64,000 nucleotides of DNA, from the NCBI RefSeq assembly GCF_030384885.1, contig NZ_CP128613.1. The stretch is one strand, 5' to 3'. Shown piece by piece: positions 38,844-49,499 of the stretch. The notes under the pieces were generated by a model. The model was not told the origin of the DNA, did no database searches, and worked only from the letters and a program-made list of their open reading frames with translations. This DNA comes from Escherichia coli. Its GTDB lineage: Bacteria > Pseudomonadota > Gammaproteobacteria > Enterobacterales > Enterobacteriaceae. Positions within the stretch are counted from its first letter, which is position 1. The number at the start of each line of letters is the position of its first letter. Made by a program: the position numbers and the translations under genes.

Positions 38844-40201
38844 TGAAAAGATTATCTATAACCGTCCGTTTAACCTTGCTTTTTATATTGCTACTGTCTG
38901 TCGCTGGCGCTGGAATTGTCTGGACTCTCTATAATGGCCTGGCAAGTGAGTTGAAATGGCGCGATGATACAACACTCATTAACCGGACTGCACAGATCAA
39001 GCAGTTACTAATTGATGGGGTAAATCCAGATACTTTACCTGTCTATTTTAACCGGATGATGGATGTTAGTCAGGATATCTTGATCATTCATGGTGATGGC
39101 ATCAATAAAATTGTTAACCGGACGAATGTCAGTGATGATATGTTAAATAACATACCTACGACTGAGGCAATCAGTGCAGCTGGCATTTACAGAAGCATTA
39201 TTAATGACACAGAGATAGATGCTTTACGAATTAACATTGATGAAATTTCGCCATCATTAACGGTTACTGTGGCTAAATTGGCTTCAGCCAGACATAACAT
39301 GCTTGAACAGTATAAAATTAATAGCATTATAATTTGCATCGTCGCCATTATACTGTGCTCAGTATTAAGTCCGCTGTTAATCAGAACGGGATTACGAGAG
39401 ATCAAAAAGTTGAGTGGGGTAACGGAAGCATTAAATTATAACGACACCCGAGAGCCTGTTGAGGTTATCGCACTACCGAGTGAATTAAAACCTCTTGGTC
39501 AGGCGTTGAATAAAATGCACCATGCTTTAGTAAAAGATTTTGAGCGCCTTAGCCAATTTGCTGACGATCTCGCTCATGAACTTAGAACGCCAATTAATGC
39601 ATTACTGGGTCAGAATCAGGTGACGCTCAGTCAAACCCGAAGTATCAGTGAATATCAAAAAACAATTGCCGGAAATATTGAAGAGCTGGAAAATATTTCG
39701 CGGTTAACAGAGAATATACTGTTTCTTGCCAGAGCAGATAAAAGCAATGTTTTGGTGAAACTGGATTCGCACTCTCTTAACAAGGAAATTGGGAATTTGT
39801 TAGACTATCTGGAATACCTTTCAGAAGAGAAAGAGATTCGTTTTCAGGTCGAGTGCAATCAGCAAATCTTTGCGGATGAAATTTTACTTCAACGAATGTT
39901 ATCGAATCTTATTGTTAACGCCATTCGATATTCACCAGAAAAATCGTGCATTCATATAACCAGTTTTCTTGATGCCAACGGCTCTCTTAATATTGATATC
40001 GCCAGCCCTGGATCGAAAATTAATGAGCCGGAAAAACTCTTCCGTAGATTTTGGCGGGGAGATAATTCGCGTCATTCTGCAGGTCAGGGGCTTGGCCTTT
40101 CTTTAGTCAAAGCAATTGCCGAATTGCATGGGGGAAGTGCTACGTATCACTATTTAAATCAACATAATGTGTTCCGTATTACGTTACCGCAAAGAAATTA
40201 A
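38843..40201 (+). CDS. hprS: Sensor histidine kinase HprS (YedV).
   Basis: H-box FADDLAHELRTPINAL and G-box GQGLGLSLVKAI. The start overlaps the hprR stop. Confidence 0.9.
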   Translation: MKRLSITVRLTLLFILLLSVAGAGIVWTLYNGLASELKWRDDTTLINRTAQIKQLLIDGVNPDTLPVYFNRMMDVSQDILIIHGDGINKIVNRTNVSDDMLNNIPTTEAISAAGIYRSIINDTEIDALRINIDEISPSLTVTVAKLASARHNMLEQYKINSIIICIVAIILCSVLSPLLIRTGLREIKKLSGVTEALNYNDTREPVEVIALPSELKPLGQALNKMHHALVKDFERLSQFADDLAHELRTPINALLGQNQVTLSQTRSISEYQKTIAGNIEELENISRLTENILFLARADKSNVLVKLDSHSLNKEIGNLLDYLEYLSEEKEIRFQVECNQQIFADEILLQRMLSNLIVNAIRYSPEKSCIHITSFLDANGSLNIDIASPGSKINEPEKLFRRFWRGDNSRHSAGQGLGLSLVKAIAELHGGSATYHYLNQHNVFRITLPQRN

Positions 40202-40233
40202 CCTAGGGCTTCAGTACGCCACAGGTTAACCGT

Positions 40234-40272
40234 GAAAAAACGCAGCCACGTCGTGAGTACTCACGTGGCTGC
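40234..40272 (-). terminator. hchA terminator.
   Basis: The stem GCAGCCACG...CGTGGCTGC (9 bp) is followed on the minus strand by GTTTTTTC. Confidence 0.55.
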
Positions 40273-40308
40273 GATTGATTATGCGCTTATATTACAATGT
40301 AACAGGGA

Positions 40309-41160
40309 TTAACCCACGTAAGCTGCCAGCATTTCCTGTGCTGCCAGTTTACCCAACGCATTCGCAGCGAAAGGACTGTCGCCGGTGAGCAGTTTACGGT
40401 CTTTATGAACTCGCCCGGTGATGTCGTCATTAATAATGTTCATGCCCATTTTCTTCAGCTCTTCGCCGAAGTACCAGGTGAGATGACCCGGCATATAGCC
40501 AATATCTGGCGTTTGTTTGTCTGCGGCGTCTGGGAATGCGCAAATGGAATAACCGTTCAGTGGGTTATCGCTGTGGCGAAGCGCCAGAAATGCCGCTGGG
40601 CCGTGGCAAAGGGAGATAACAAAACGGTCATTTTTGATTGCCCACTGTAAAGCGGCAGCTACGTCCTGGCTTTCTGGTAAACCAATAAGTGCGCCATGAC
40701 CACCAGGAACAAAGATTGCTGCATATTCGCTGTCAGCATTGAGGCTGGCGACAATATCCGCGAGTTTCTTCGGATTGCGGAACAACGATTTATGCTGCTC
40801 AAAGAACGGCATTACTTTTTCATCTTTGTGTGGCATAGCCCAGTATTCAAACTTGGTCATCAGGCCGGAAATGGTCGCCACTTCGAATTCGAAACCTGCC
40901 GCATGGAGATGATACAACGGTAGCAACGTTTCAATCGGATGGTTACCGGTTGAGAACAATTTGCCATTGTCGGTCGGCAAATAACGTTCGTCCGCGGCGA
41001 TCACCAGAATTTTGTGTTTACCGCGATACGGTTTTGGGTAGTCCACGCCATCAAGATCAGAGACGGGACTGGTATATTGGCTAAGCGAATATTCTGAAGG
41101 GAAGAATGCATTATCTTCAGCAGTATCGACCTGCGGATCTTTACTTTTTTGAACAGTCAT
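40309..41160 (-). CDS. hchA: Glyoxalase III / Hsp31 chaperone HchA.
   Basis: MTVQKSKDPQVDTAEDNAFFPSEYSLSQYTSPVSDLDG... is recognised. The DJ-1/PfpI Cys is in ISLCHGPAA. Confidence 0.9.
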   Translation of the reverse strand: MTVQKSKDPQVDTAEDNAFFPSEYSLSQYTSPVSDLDGVDYPKPYRGKHKILVIAADERYLPTDNGKLFSTGNHPIETLLPLYHLHAAGFEFEVATISGLMTKFEYWAMPHKDEKVMPFFEQHKSLFRNPKKLADIVASLNADSEYAAIFVPGGHGALIGLPESQDVAAALQWAIKNDRFVISLCHGPAAFLALRHSDNPLNGYSICAFPDAADKQTPDIGYMPGHLTWYFGEELKKMGMNIINDDITGRVHKDRKLLTGDSPFAANALGKLAAQEMLAAYVG

Positions 41161-41243
41161 AGTGTATTCCTTGTTGTTGCTTAGTTAGGTTAGTCACTAT
41201 ATTTGCGACTGAGCTGGTCGCTATTTTTAACCAGGCTGGAAAA

Positions 41244-41468
41244 ATGAGTCAATATATCGAAAGCGGTAGGCGACGAGGGAAAATATGTAATGATGATGCT
41301 GCACTGATGTTGAATGTTTCTCACGCCAAATTTTCCTTTTTGAGTCATGTGGTCACAAGTGACTTCAATGATTTTAGACCATTATCAGAGATCTGGGACG
41401 ACGATGAGAGATTTAGTGCTATGGAATATTGCTATTCTGTTGAATATTTATATCCCGAACTGCTGTAG
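41244..41468 (+). CDS. Hypothetical 74-aa ORF (weak HTH-like stretch).
   Basis: ORF only. It lies just before the IS3 remnant and may be a gene fragment. Confidence 0.2.
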   Translation: MSQYIESGRRRGKICNDDAALMLNVSHAKFSFLSHVVTSDFNDFRPLSEIWDDDERFSAMEYCYSVEYLYPELL

Positions 41469-41661
41469 AAAAGGCTTTTTTCATGCACTATTTTTGCAAA
41501 TATTTTTATATGGGAGGTGGTTTTGTTGCGGATTAATTCATAAAGAAATGCATTTGGGGTGGCTGGAAGAGTCGCTGGTAGATGTTATTGTGCCAGGAGG
41601 GGCAGGGTAAGGTGCTGTATCGATATGTTTGGCAATTGCGTGTGCCGTAGATGGAGATGAA

Positions 41662-42162
41662 ATGATCTTACCCAGTAATAGTGGACACTCGGCTAAGTGA
41701 GTAAACTCTCAGTCAGAGGTGACTCACATGACAAAATCTGTATCAACCAGCAAAAAAGCACGTAAACAACATTCGCCTGAATTTCGCAGTGAAGCCCTGA
41801 AACTTGCTGAACGCATCGGTGTGCTGCCGCAGCCCGTGAACTCAGCCTGTATGAATCACAGCTCAACAACTGGCGCAGTAAACAGCAACATCAGCAGACT
41901 TCTTCTGAACGTGAGCTGGAGATGCCCACCGGGGTTGCACGTCTCAAACGCCAGCTGGCAGAGCGGGATGAAGAGCTGGCCATCCTCCAAAAGGCCGCGA
42001 CATACTTCGCGAAGCACCTGAAATGAAGTATGTCTTTATTGAAAAACATCAGGCGGAGTTCAGCATCAAAGCAATGTGCCGTGTGCTCCGGGTGGCCCGC
42101 AGCGGCTGGTATACATGGTGTCAGCGGCGTACAAGGATAAGCAAGCGTCTGCAGTTCCGCCA
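41662..42162 (+). mobile_element. IS3 remnant: left inverted repeat, frameshifted orfA (insE-like) and the first ~45 codons of orfB (insF-like); the 3' part is deleted.
   Basis: TGATCTTACCCAGTAATAGTGGACA... is the IS3 left end as I recall it. MTKSVSTSKKARKQHSPEFRSEALKLAERIGV then shifts frame. [40 protein letters not shown] loses similarity at about 42160. Confidence 0.8.
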
Positions 42163-42237
42163 TCAGGTGTGTGCGCTGCTAATGTCATACTCACAGACCA
42201 GCCTTGAACGATGACCATGACGTTACAGGACTGAGAA

Positions 42238-42540
42238 TTGGGTAACGTTGAGCAGCCAGAAGAAGTCTGTCAGTCCTATCAGGTAAATATTTCAGCAGAT
42301 CAAAACCTTCAGTGTGAAGTTGTGGATGTATCCGGCACGGCGTGTTTCGGCCTCATTCTTGAGATCGACCGGGGTGTACCGACGCTGCATATCGACACAG
42401 GGAGTGATTCACTGCTGCATATTCACGCAGCTCACAACGGACTGGTACTAATACCGGATTCACCAAGCCATGGATATGAAAATGCCCCAGTAGATCGTTT
42501 TTCGTATAACAGCCCGTCCCTGTGGGTGCCAGGGGTGTAA
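42238..42540 (+). CDS. Hypothetical 100-aa ORF (TTG start).
   Basis: ORF only. No family recognised. Confidence 0.25.
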   Translation: MGNVEQPEEVCQSYQVNISADQNLQCEVVDVSGTACFGLILEIDRGVPTLHIDTGSDSLLHIHAAHNGLVLIPDSPSHGYENAPVDRFSYNSPSLWVPGV

Positions 42541-42826
42541 CAAGGTATTAAACCCAGCGGCATAGAAGCCAAGGGTAATTAAACAAACAACTAAATAGCT
42601 CAGGGGATTACTGATGAGCGATTTTTGATAGTTCCGTTCAGATATATAAGGTGTAATTGTGCCAGAGATCATCTCAGGCACAATTTATTAGCCCAGGACG
42701 TTAATTTAAGTCGCTGCACTGGTAACTTGGGTGTTGACAGTTAGGGCTAAGATATTCAGCGATGGTGTTAAATTCGGATTGTTGTGTATAAATTAATAGT
42801 TCATCGTGAGGAATAGCGAGGTTACT

Positions 42827-44203
42827 ATGGTTAGTGTGACGAGTAATATATATCCAAATAAAACAGAGAATGATAATAGCCAGTTACAAAATCAGAATCT
42901 AAGGGAGAGTATCGAAAAAAGCCTCGAGAGTAATATTTCTAAGTTAAATGCGATGGAACAAAGTGGCCTGCTCGATAATTATAGGGCAAGGTCTCACGAT
43001 GACAGTTTTCGTGAAGTTTTTCGCAGTTTATTATTATACATTTTAGATTCTTTTCATATCTATCGGCATGATATTAGTGATAAATTGGTTCCTTATTTTC
43101 ATGTTACGCCTGAATCGGAGAATGAGAATTATAAGACATGGATTGCCGTTACAGGCATGGATAGTTATACAAAAATTGAGCAGACCGGAAGTAATAAATT
43201 TAAAGTCACTGATATGTATCGTGAGCTCAATAACAAAAAAACATGTTTTGATCAAAAGAGTAGGGAAAAGGATTTTAGTGGTCGAAATGTAAAAGAGTTT
43301 ATAAGGTTATTATCAGATCACGATCAATTTGAAAAACATCAACTCTCAGAATTAACAGTTGCTGCAAATGCTCTTAAGCTGGAAGTTGCTAAAAATAACT
43401 ATAACATGTCCTCCTGTACTGATAAGCAAATCGAATGCCGAATGATCGAGCTTCTAAAGGAACAAAAAGATTTAATTCCAGAACAGTATTTACATCAATC
43501 AGGTATGGAAAACCTTACGCTTGGAGAGGCGGAATTTAGCTCACTCTTTGCAGATGCAGAAAGACAAGTTCTGGAGGGAAGTTCATTTGTTTTATGTTGT
43601 GGTGAAAAAATAAACAGCACTATAAGAGACTTACTTAGCGAAAAATTTCATGCCAACGAATCTTTCACTCGCTCTGGATCTCTTTCTCATGATGTTTATG
43701 AGGAAATATTCAAGAAATTTATTTTCAAATCTGATGAATGTCATCTGGTGAGAGAGTCTTTAGAGCAGGATCGTATAACGCCAGAAAAAAGAGAAGAAAT
43801 TATTTCTTGTTTATCCAGTCCTACCGGGATTGGAAATTTGTTTTATGCTTGTTCACAAGCATTTCATGTTGCTAATGATAACGCTGCACATGATGTGCGT
43901 AGCGCCGCTCTAGCTGTTAGCGATAAATTAATTGATTGTCCGAGTTTTGTTGCTTTGAATGGTAGACATAACCATCTTCATGCCGATTTCTCAGCAAACG
44001 GATTCACACAAACCCTTTACGTTTTAAGAGCAGTCGTAAATAGCGAGAATAACAACTTTGATATTGCTAATTATATCTATACCACTAAAGGCGAAAGTAT
44101 CATCCATAACAACGCTGAAGATGATAATCGGTCAAGGGATAATGATATCCGCAATATAAAGAGAAATTTCTCTGGCAATATTACGATTGCAACTTACAAA
44201 TAA
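42827..44203 (+). CDS. AT-rich orphan protein (458 aa), function unknown.
   Basis: Long ORF. ATG 42827 is preceded by GAGG. The N terminus is polar and S/T/N/Q-rich with no signal peptide or TM segment. IS remnants flank it. Confidence 0.5.
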   Translation: MVSVTSNIYPNKTENDNSQLQNQNLRESIEKSLESNISKLNAMEQSGLLDNYRARSHDDSFREVFRSLLLYILDSFHIYRHDISDKLVPYFHVTPESENENYKTWIAVTGMDSYTKIEQTGSNKFKVTDMYRELNNKKTCFDQKSREKDFSGRNVKEFIRLLSDHDQFEKHQLSELTVAANALKLEVAKNNYNMSSCTDKQIECRMIELLKEQKDLIPEQYLHQSGMENLTLGEAEFSSLFADAERQVLEGSSFVLCCGEKINSTIRDLLSEKFHANESFTRSGSLSHDVYEEIFKKFIFKSDECHLVRESLEQDRITPEKREEIISCLSSPTGIGNLFYACSQAFHVANDNAAHDVRSAALAVSDKLIDCPSFVALNGRHNHLHADFSANGFTQTLYVLRAVVNSENNNFDIANYIYTTKGESIIHNNAEDDNRSRDNDIRNIKRNFSGNITIATYK

Positions 44204-44387
44204 TTCGCTTTTTTCAGTAATACGCGCAAAACGCTTACCTCTTAGGTAAGCGTTTTGACGATAAACCCAACATCATTAGGCCAATACATACCCCATATCT
44301 ACTTGAACAACATCGCGCTTATCGTTAAGGTATGCGCGTTTTTATCCGCCAGGATCCAATCATGATCACCGTTGCCCTTACATACCC

Positions 44388-45678
44388 TTACCCACAAGTT
44401 TTCTGGGATATTTCTATGTCATTAATTGACAACATTAATCGTGTTAATCCTGACCATATTGCTTTTGGGCCTGGTGGCGAATCATTTTTTCTTGCCAGAT
44501 ATCCTCCAGGTCTCGCCAACATTACTGTTGCTGTTTTTATATCAGGAGGATTTTTCGGAGGTGCTGTATTTTCAACAAGAAGCCAGAGGTATTTCCACTC
44601 ATCTCCGGGGGAAATAAATTTGCTAGATATTTCTGGCATAGTTTTATACAATGAGATTATATACATGATTCGCCAGGCTATTATTAAATATAGCGCGAGA
44701 CTGTTCTGGGTTCTTTCAAACGTTTCAAGCTATAATGTCTCAACCTGACATCCACTTTTTAATACTTAAAAAAAACTTCAATTTGCCAGCGTTGTAAATA
44801 CCACTGAATAAGTTGTGCTGGTTCCGTTAAATCTTCAACAGGAATACTACTCATTAACTACCAGATAAGAGGTTGGGTCCCTTTCGGTGGGTTTCTTTCT
44901 TTTGCAAGCAAAACTGTTACGGTTACCGGAACACAACGAAGCTTTCCTCTACGTCCGGTGGGGGGATGCAGTGTCAGTCTGGCCAGGCGCAATTCCTGTG
45001 TCACTGTTCTGACTAGCTGCCCCCGCCCATCTGGTATAGCGAATTCAACCAGTTGCTGCGGTGTAATCTCCATGATTCTTTCGTGCAACAACCTATGATC
45101 CCGTTTTCCATGGATATTCAGCGTGGCTCTGTTATTAAATTTCATTCTGACAAGCCAGTCAGCTTTTATTCCGGGAGTCTGTTCTGCGTGTTCAAACAGA
45201 TCATAAAAATCGCCTTCGCGCTCAGAAATTGACAATACATGGGTAGCAGGGCATTGGCGGGCCAGTTCTGTTGCTTTATTATATCCTTCAACCCAACGCC
45301 AGGTTTCTTTTTCACTGACATGTTTTTATGAAGTAAATCATTGCAGATTTCTTATCGGGTATTTTTACTGGTCTTTAATTCATCCCTGAACCACTGATAG
45401 TCATCATAAACACCAAGGCAAACACCTGACTCACTGATGACGAGTTGAGGATGAAGAAATAAGTTTCTTTCATCTTTATATTTTTTAGGACCAACTCCCT
45501 GTTTTTCATTCAGACCAGAATAATTAAGTTCAATTGTATCCTGTAAAACTAAAACTCTTTTAAACTGCTGAGCTCTTTCAATGATGTTTTCTTTGTGAGG
45601 AGCCATGATTTTATTAGGCTGTGTCCCGTAATAGTTTGAGCTATAGTAACGGTCTGTTTCCACAACATATTGAACCAT
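44388..45678 (-). mobile_element. IS4-family (Tn5/IS50-like DDE) transposase gene, degraded by frameshifts.
   Basis: There are three collinear minus-strand ORF pieces. The segment between them reads ...WYLQRWQIEVFF / KVLKSGCQVE (the Y-R-E-K region). The C-terminal piece has ARPGGYLARKNDSPPGPKAIWSGLTRL. Confidence 0.65.
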
Positions 45679-45681
45679 AGC

Positions 45682-46519
45682 TCGCTACGACCTCCCCGAT
45701 GAAGCATGGGCCATCATCAAGCCCTTGTTGCCCCCTGAACCTGCCACACGACGGGCCGGGCGCCCATGTGCAGAGCATCGTAAAATCATCAACGGCATGT
45801 TCTGGGTATTGTGTTCCGGCGCACCATGGCGCGATTTACCCGAACGATATGGGCCATGGAAAACCGTTTATAACCGCTTTAACAGGTAGTCAAAGTCAGG
45901 CGTGATTAACATCATTTTCAACAGATTGCTTTCACTACTTGATGCGAACGGCTTTGTTGACTGGTCTGCCACAGCGCTGGATGGCAGTAATATCCGGGCA
46001 CTAAAATGCGCCGCCGGAGCTCAAAAAAAATTCCGATATCGACGGAGATAATGGGCTGGGTCGCTCTCGAGGCGGTTTGGGCACCAAAATCCATCTGGCA
46101 ACAGACGGAAGCGGGCTCCCGTTAAATATCGTGCTAAGCCCCGGGCAGTCTCATGAAGCCAGTTCGCGCAACGACTTCTGGACGGCATTGGCGTTCATCG
46201 TCAGAACGGTTGCATGAAACGCCGTGGTCATGTTGTGCTGGCCGACAAAGCGTACTCGGGACACACATTGCGCAACGAGCTGAAAAATAAAGGCATAAAG
46301 GCAGTCATCCCCCGAAAATCAAATGAAAAAATGGCATCGGATGGACGAGCACGACTTGATCGCGATGCGTATCGCAATCGCAACGTCGTTGAACGGTGCT
46401 TTGGTCGCCTGAAAGAATACCGCCGCATCGCTACGCGTTACGACAAAACGGCGAGAAATTATCTGGCGATGGTGAAACTGGGCTGCATCCGACTCTTTTA
46501 TCAACGGTTGCGTAATTAA
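45682..46519 (+). mobile_element. IS5-family (IS427-group-like) transposase gene, degraded: no start codon, an in-frame TAG and frameshifts.
   Basis: The segment reads ARYDLPDEAWAIIKPLLPPEP...GRP..HRKIINGMFWVLCSGAPWRDLPERYGPWKTVYNRFNR(TAG)SKSG. The C-terminal piece is VLADKAYSGHTLRNELKNKGIKAVIPRKSNE...RNVVERCFGRLKEYRRIATRYDKTARNYLAMVKL. Confidence 0.7.
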
Positions 46520-46573
46520 GGGACACAGCCTAGTGTTATGTTTTACAGTAACACGCCGAGGCGTGTTGGCTGA

Positions 46574-47767
46574 TTAGAACTGGTAGACTAAGCCCACAGC
46601 AACGATATCATCGGTAGCGATGCCGTTTGCTTCGTAGAAGTCATCATCGTTGTCCAGCAGGTTAATTTTGTAATCAACATAGGTGGACATATTTTTGTTG
46701 AAGTAGTAGGTCGCACCGACTTCAACGTATTTAACCAGATCTTTGTTAGTGTAACGCGGGTCGCCGTTGCCGTCATGAGCCCAGCCGCCTAAATCCTTAC
46801 CTTTAGATTGCAGGTAAGCGATGGACGGGCGCAGGCCGAAGTCGAACTGATACTGAGCAACAACTTCAAAGTTTTGGGTTTTGTTAGCGATGGCTGATCT
46901 TGATTCACCATTATCAAACTCGCCACCACCATATGGGGTCATATTGCGAGTTTCAGCGTACATAGCTGCTAAATACACATTATTAGCATCATATTTTGCA
47001 CCAACAGTCCATGCTTCAGCGGTTTCACCACCAGCATTTCTGTTGCTATGGTTACGATCATTTAAACCAACTCCAACCTGGCGATCTGAGCGATCAGAGT
47101 TTGAATATGCAGCACCCAGACTTAAACCGAAGTCGAAGTCGTAGGATGTAGACATACCGAAACCATCACCATTTTCTTTGGAAAGGCTACGGCCATCACC
47201 ACTACCGGAACCTTCCTGCCCGAAGGGGCCACCACTTTCATTATTACCCTGATATTGCAGAGCAAAGTTCAGACCATCAACCTGACCAAAGAAGCCATTG
47301 TTACGGTAGGTTGCAACGCCGTTGGTACGACCGTTCATGAAATTGTCGGCACCAGCATAGGTATCACCACCAAATTCTGGCAGCATATCGGTCCATGCTT
47401 CGATATCATATACGACACCGTAGTTACGACCATAGTCGAAAGTACCATTCTGACCAAAACCTAAACCTGCGAATGCCAGACGGGTAGCAGAGTTATCGCC
47501 ATCGCCTTCTGTGCCATTTGCCTGCAGGTTGTATTCCCACTGACCGTAACCAGTGAATTGATCAGCGATCTGAGTTTCACCTTTGAAACCGATACGAGCA
47601 TATGACATATCGCCATCAGCGCCCGAGTTGTCAGAGAAGTAGTGCAGACCTGCTACTTTTCCGTAGAAATCCAGTTTATTACCATCTTTATTATAGACTT
47701 CAGCCGCATTTGCTGCGCCAGCAACTAATAACGCCGGGACCAGCATTGCCAGAACTTTTCTTTTCAT
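46574..47767 (-). CDS. yedS: OmpC/OmpF-family general porin, apparently an intact YedS.
   Basis: [37 protein letters not shown]... with the C-terminal ...VAVGLVYQF. The position between hchA and yedR matches yedS. Confidence 0.8.
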   Translation of the reverse strand: MKRKVLAMLVPALLVAGAANAAEVYNKDGNKLDFYGKVAGLHYFSDNSGADGDMSYARIGFKGETQIADQFTGYGQWEYNLQANGTEGDGDNSATRLAFAGLGFGQNGTFDYGRNYGVVYDIEAWTDMLPEFGGDTYAGADNFMNGRTNGVATYRNNGFFGQVDGLNFALQYQGNNESGGPFGQEGSGSGDGRSLSKENGDGFGMSTSYDFDFGLSLGAAYSNSDRSDRQVGVGLNDRNHSNRNAGGETAEAWTVGAKYDANNVYLAAMYAETRNMTPYGGGEFDNGESRSAIANKTQNFEVVAQYQFDFGLRPSIAYLQSKGKDLGGWAHDGNGDPRYTNKDLVKYVEVGATYYFNKNMSTYVDYKINLLDNDDDFYEANGIATDDIVAVGLVYQF

Positions 47768-48077
47768 TATGTATTCCCTTGTGATTATAATCTTCATGAA
47801 TATATCAATAAGTGCCGTTATCCAAAAAAAAGCACATTTGGATACTATTCTATGAAGTTCATTTTATTTTAAGGATTACATGTAACAAATGTATTTAAAA
47901 GATTTCAAAATGTTTCCAATCTATTTAATATAATTCAGAATTATGAATTCTAGATATATACATTCATGAAAATTATGAATATATATCAATATGTTATGAG
48001 TTGATTGAAAAGATAGGAAGTGTCAATGATTTTTGCGCCAGACGGCCTATGTGATCGCGCGCACATTAATGAAGGCA

Positions 48078-48105
48078 TAAAAAAAGCCGGCATCATGCCG
48101 GCCCA
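48078..48105 (-). terminator. Rho-independent terminator on the minus strand in the yedR-yedS intergenic region. It is possibly the 3' end of the sRNA RseX, which I recall maps to this intergenic region.
   Basis: On the minus strand, GCCGGCAT-G-ATGCCGGC is followed by TTTTTTTA. No protein-coding ORF ends upstream of it. Confidence 0.45.
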
Positions 48106-48395
48106 AAAAATATAAACAAGACGATAAAAGGCTAATAACGGGGTTATCATGACACAGAAATCTAAAAAGGTATAATTGTATTCAGTGCTAATGTATTTTT
48201 TGGGTGAATTAATAAAACCATTATCCAAGATAAAAATAAATCTTTATTGCTGTTTTTCCGGTAATTATTGCCGTTGCGCAAAAACTATCTATTTGCTCAA
48301 AAAATGATTGAGTCTTGACTGACTCATCCAATGTGGAAAAATGTGACTTTTATCACATAATAGTACTAAGTTTGAATTTTCCGGGTTATCTCAAA

Positions 48396-48698
48396 ATGGA
48401 ATACGGTTCGACAAAGATGGAAGAGAGACTCTCTCGCAGCCCTGGCGGCAAATTGGCTTTGTGGGCTTTCTATACATGGTGTGGCTATTTCGTCTGGGCA
48501 ATGGCGCGATACATCTGGGTGATGAGCCGGATCCCCGATGCCCCCGTGTCGGGATTTGAAAGTGATTTAGGATCTACTGCGGGGAAGTGGTTAGGAGCAT
48601 TGGTCGGATTTCTGTTTATGGCCCTGGTTGGTGCCTTGCTAGGCGGCATTGCCTGGTACACCCGACCTCGTCCCGCACGTAGCAGACGCTATGAATAA
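48396..48698 (+). CDS. yedR: Inner-membrane protein YedR.
   Basis: MEYGSTKMEERLSRSPGGKLALWAFYTWCGYFVWAMARYIW... is recognised. Confidence 0.8.
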   Translation: MEYGSTKMEERLSRSPGGKLALWAFYTWCGYFVWAMARYIWVMSRIPDAPVSGFESDLGSTAGKWLGALVGFLFMALVGALLGGIAWYTRPRPARSRRYE

Positions 48699-48737
48699 AA
48701 ACTGCTAAGGTTGCGACTCTTTGGCAACGGAGCGCGT

Positions 48738-49433
48738 ATGGATTTACAACACTGGCAGGCACAGTTCGAAAACTGGTTGAAAAACCATCATCAACATCAG
48801 GACGCGGCACATGACCTGTGTCATTTTCGCCGCGTCTGGGCTACGGCACAGAAACTAGCGGCAGATGACGACGTTGATATGCTGGTGATTTTAACCGCCT
48901 GTTATTTTCACGATATCGTGAGCCTGGCGAAAAATCATCCGCAACGGCAGCGTTCTTCAATACTGGCAGCAGAAGAGACGCGTCGCCTGCTGCGTGAAGA
49001 ATTCGCGCAATTTCCAGAGGAGAAAATTGAGGCTGTTTGCCATGCCATTGCCGCACACAGTTTTAGCGCGCAAATTGCCCCTTTAACGGTGGAAGCTAAA
49101 ATCGTACAGGATGCGGATCGGCTGGAAGCTCTGGGGGCGATTGGCCTGGCGCGTGTGTTTGCCGTTTCGGGGGCGTTGGGCGTGGCATTGTTTGATGGCG
49201 AAGATCCGTTCGCGCAGCATCGCCCACTTGATGATAAACGTTACGCGCTGGATCATTTTCAGACTAAGTTGCTGAAGCTACCGCACACCATGCAAACCAT
49301 AAAAGGCAAACAACTGGCGCAGTACAACGCGCAATTTTTAGTCGAGTTTATGGCGAAGCTCAGTGCCGAGCTGGCGGGAGAGAATGAAGGTATCGATCAC
49401 AAAGTGATTGATACGTTTTCACCGGTTGGCTGA
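48738..49433 (+). CDS. yedJ: HD-domain phosphohydrolase YedJ.
   Basis: [34 protein letters not shown]... and [12 protein letters not shown] (HD motif). Confidence 0.85.
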   Translation: MDLQHWQAQFENWLKNHHQHQDAAHDLCHFRRVWATAQKLAADDDVDMLVILTACYFHDIVSLAKNHPQRQRSSILAAEETRRLLREEFAQFPEEKIEAVCHAIAAHSFSAQIAPLTVEAKIVQDADRLEALGAIGLARVFAVSGALGVALFDGEDPFAQHRPLDDKRYALDHFQTKLLKLPHTMQTIKGKQLAQYNAQFLVEFMAKLSAELAGENEGIDHKVIDTFSPVG

Positions 49434-49499
49434 GCGCGTGGCCCTAAATGATGGTAATTATGTTAACCTGTCGACCATCTCAGATGGCCGGTTAAATCT

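Noticed and set aside
44332-44748. 138-aa plus-strand ORF.
   Set aside because: It lies antisense to the C-terminal piece of the degraded IS4-family transposase, whose translation (ARPGGYLARKNDSPPGPKAIWSGLTRL) is the recognisable one.
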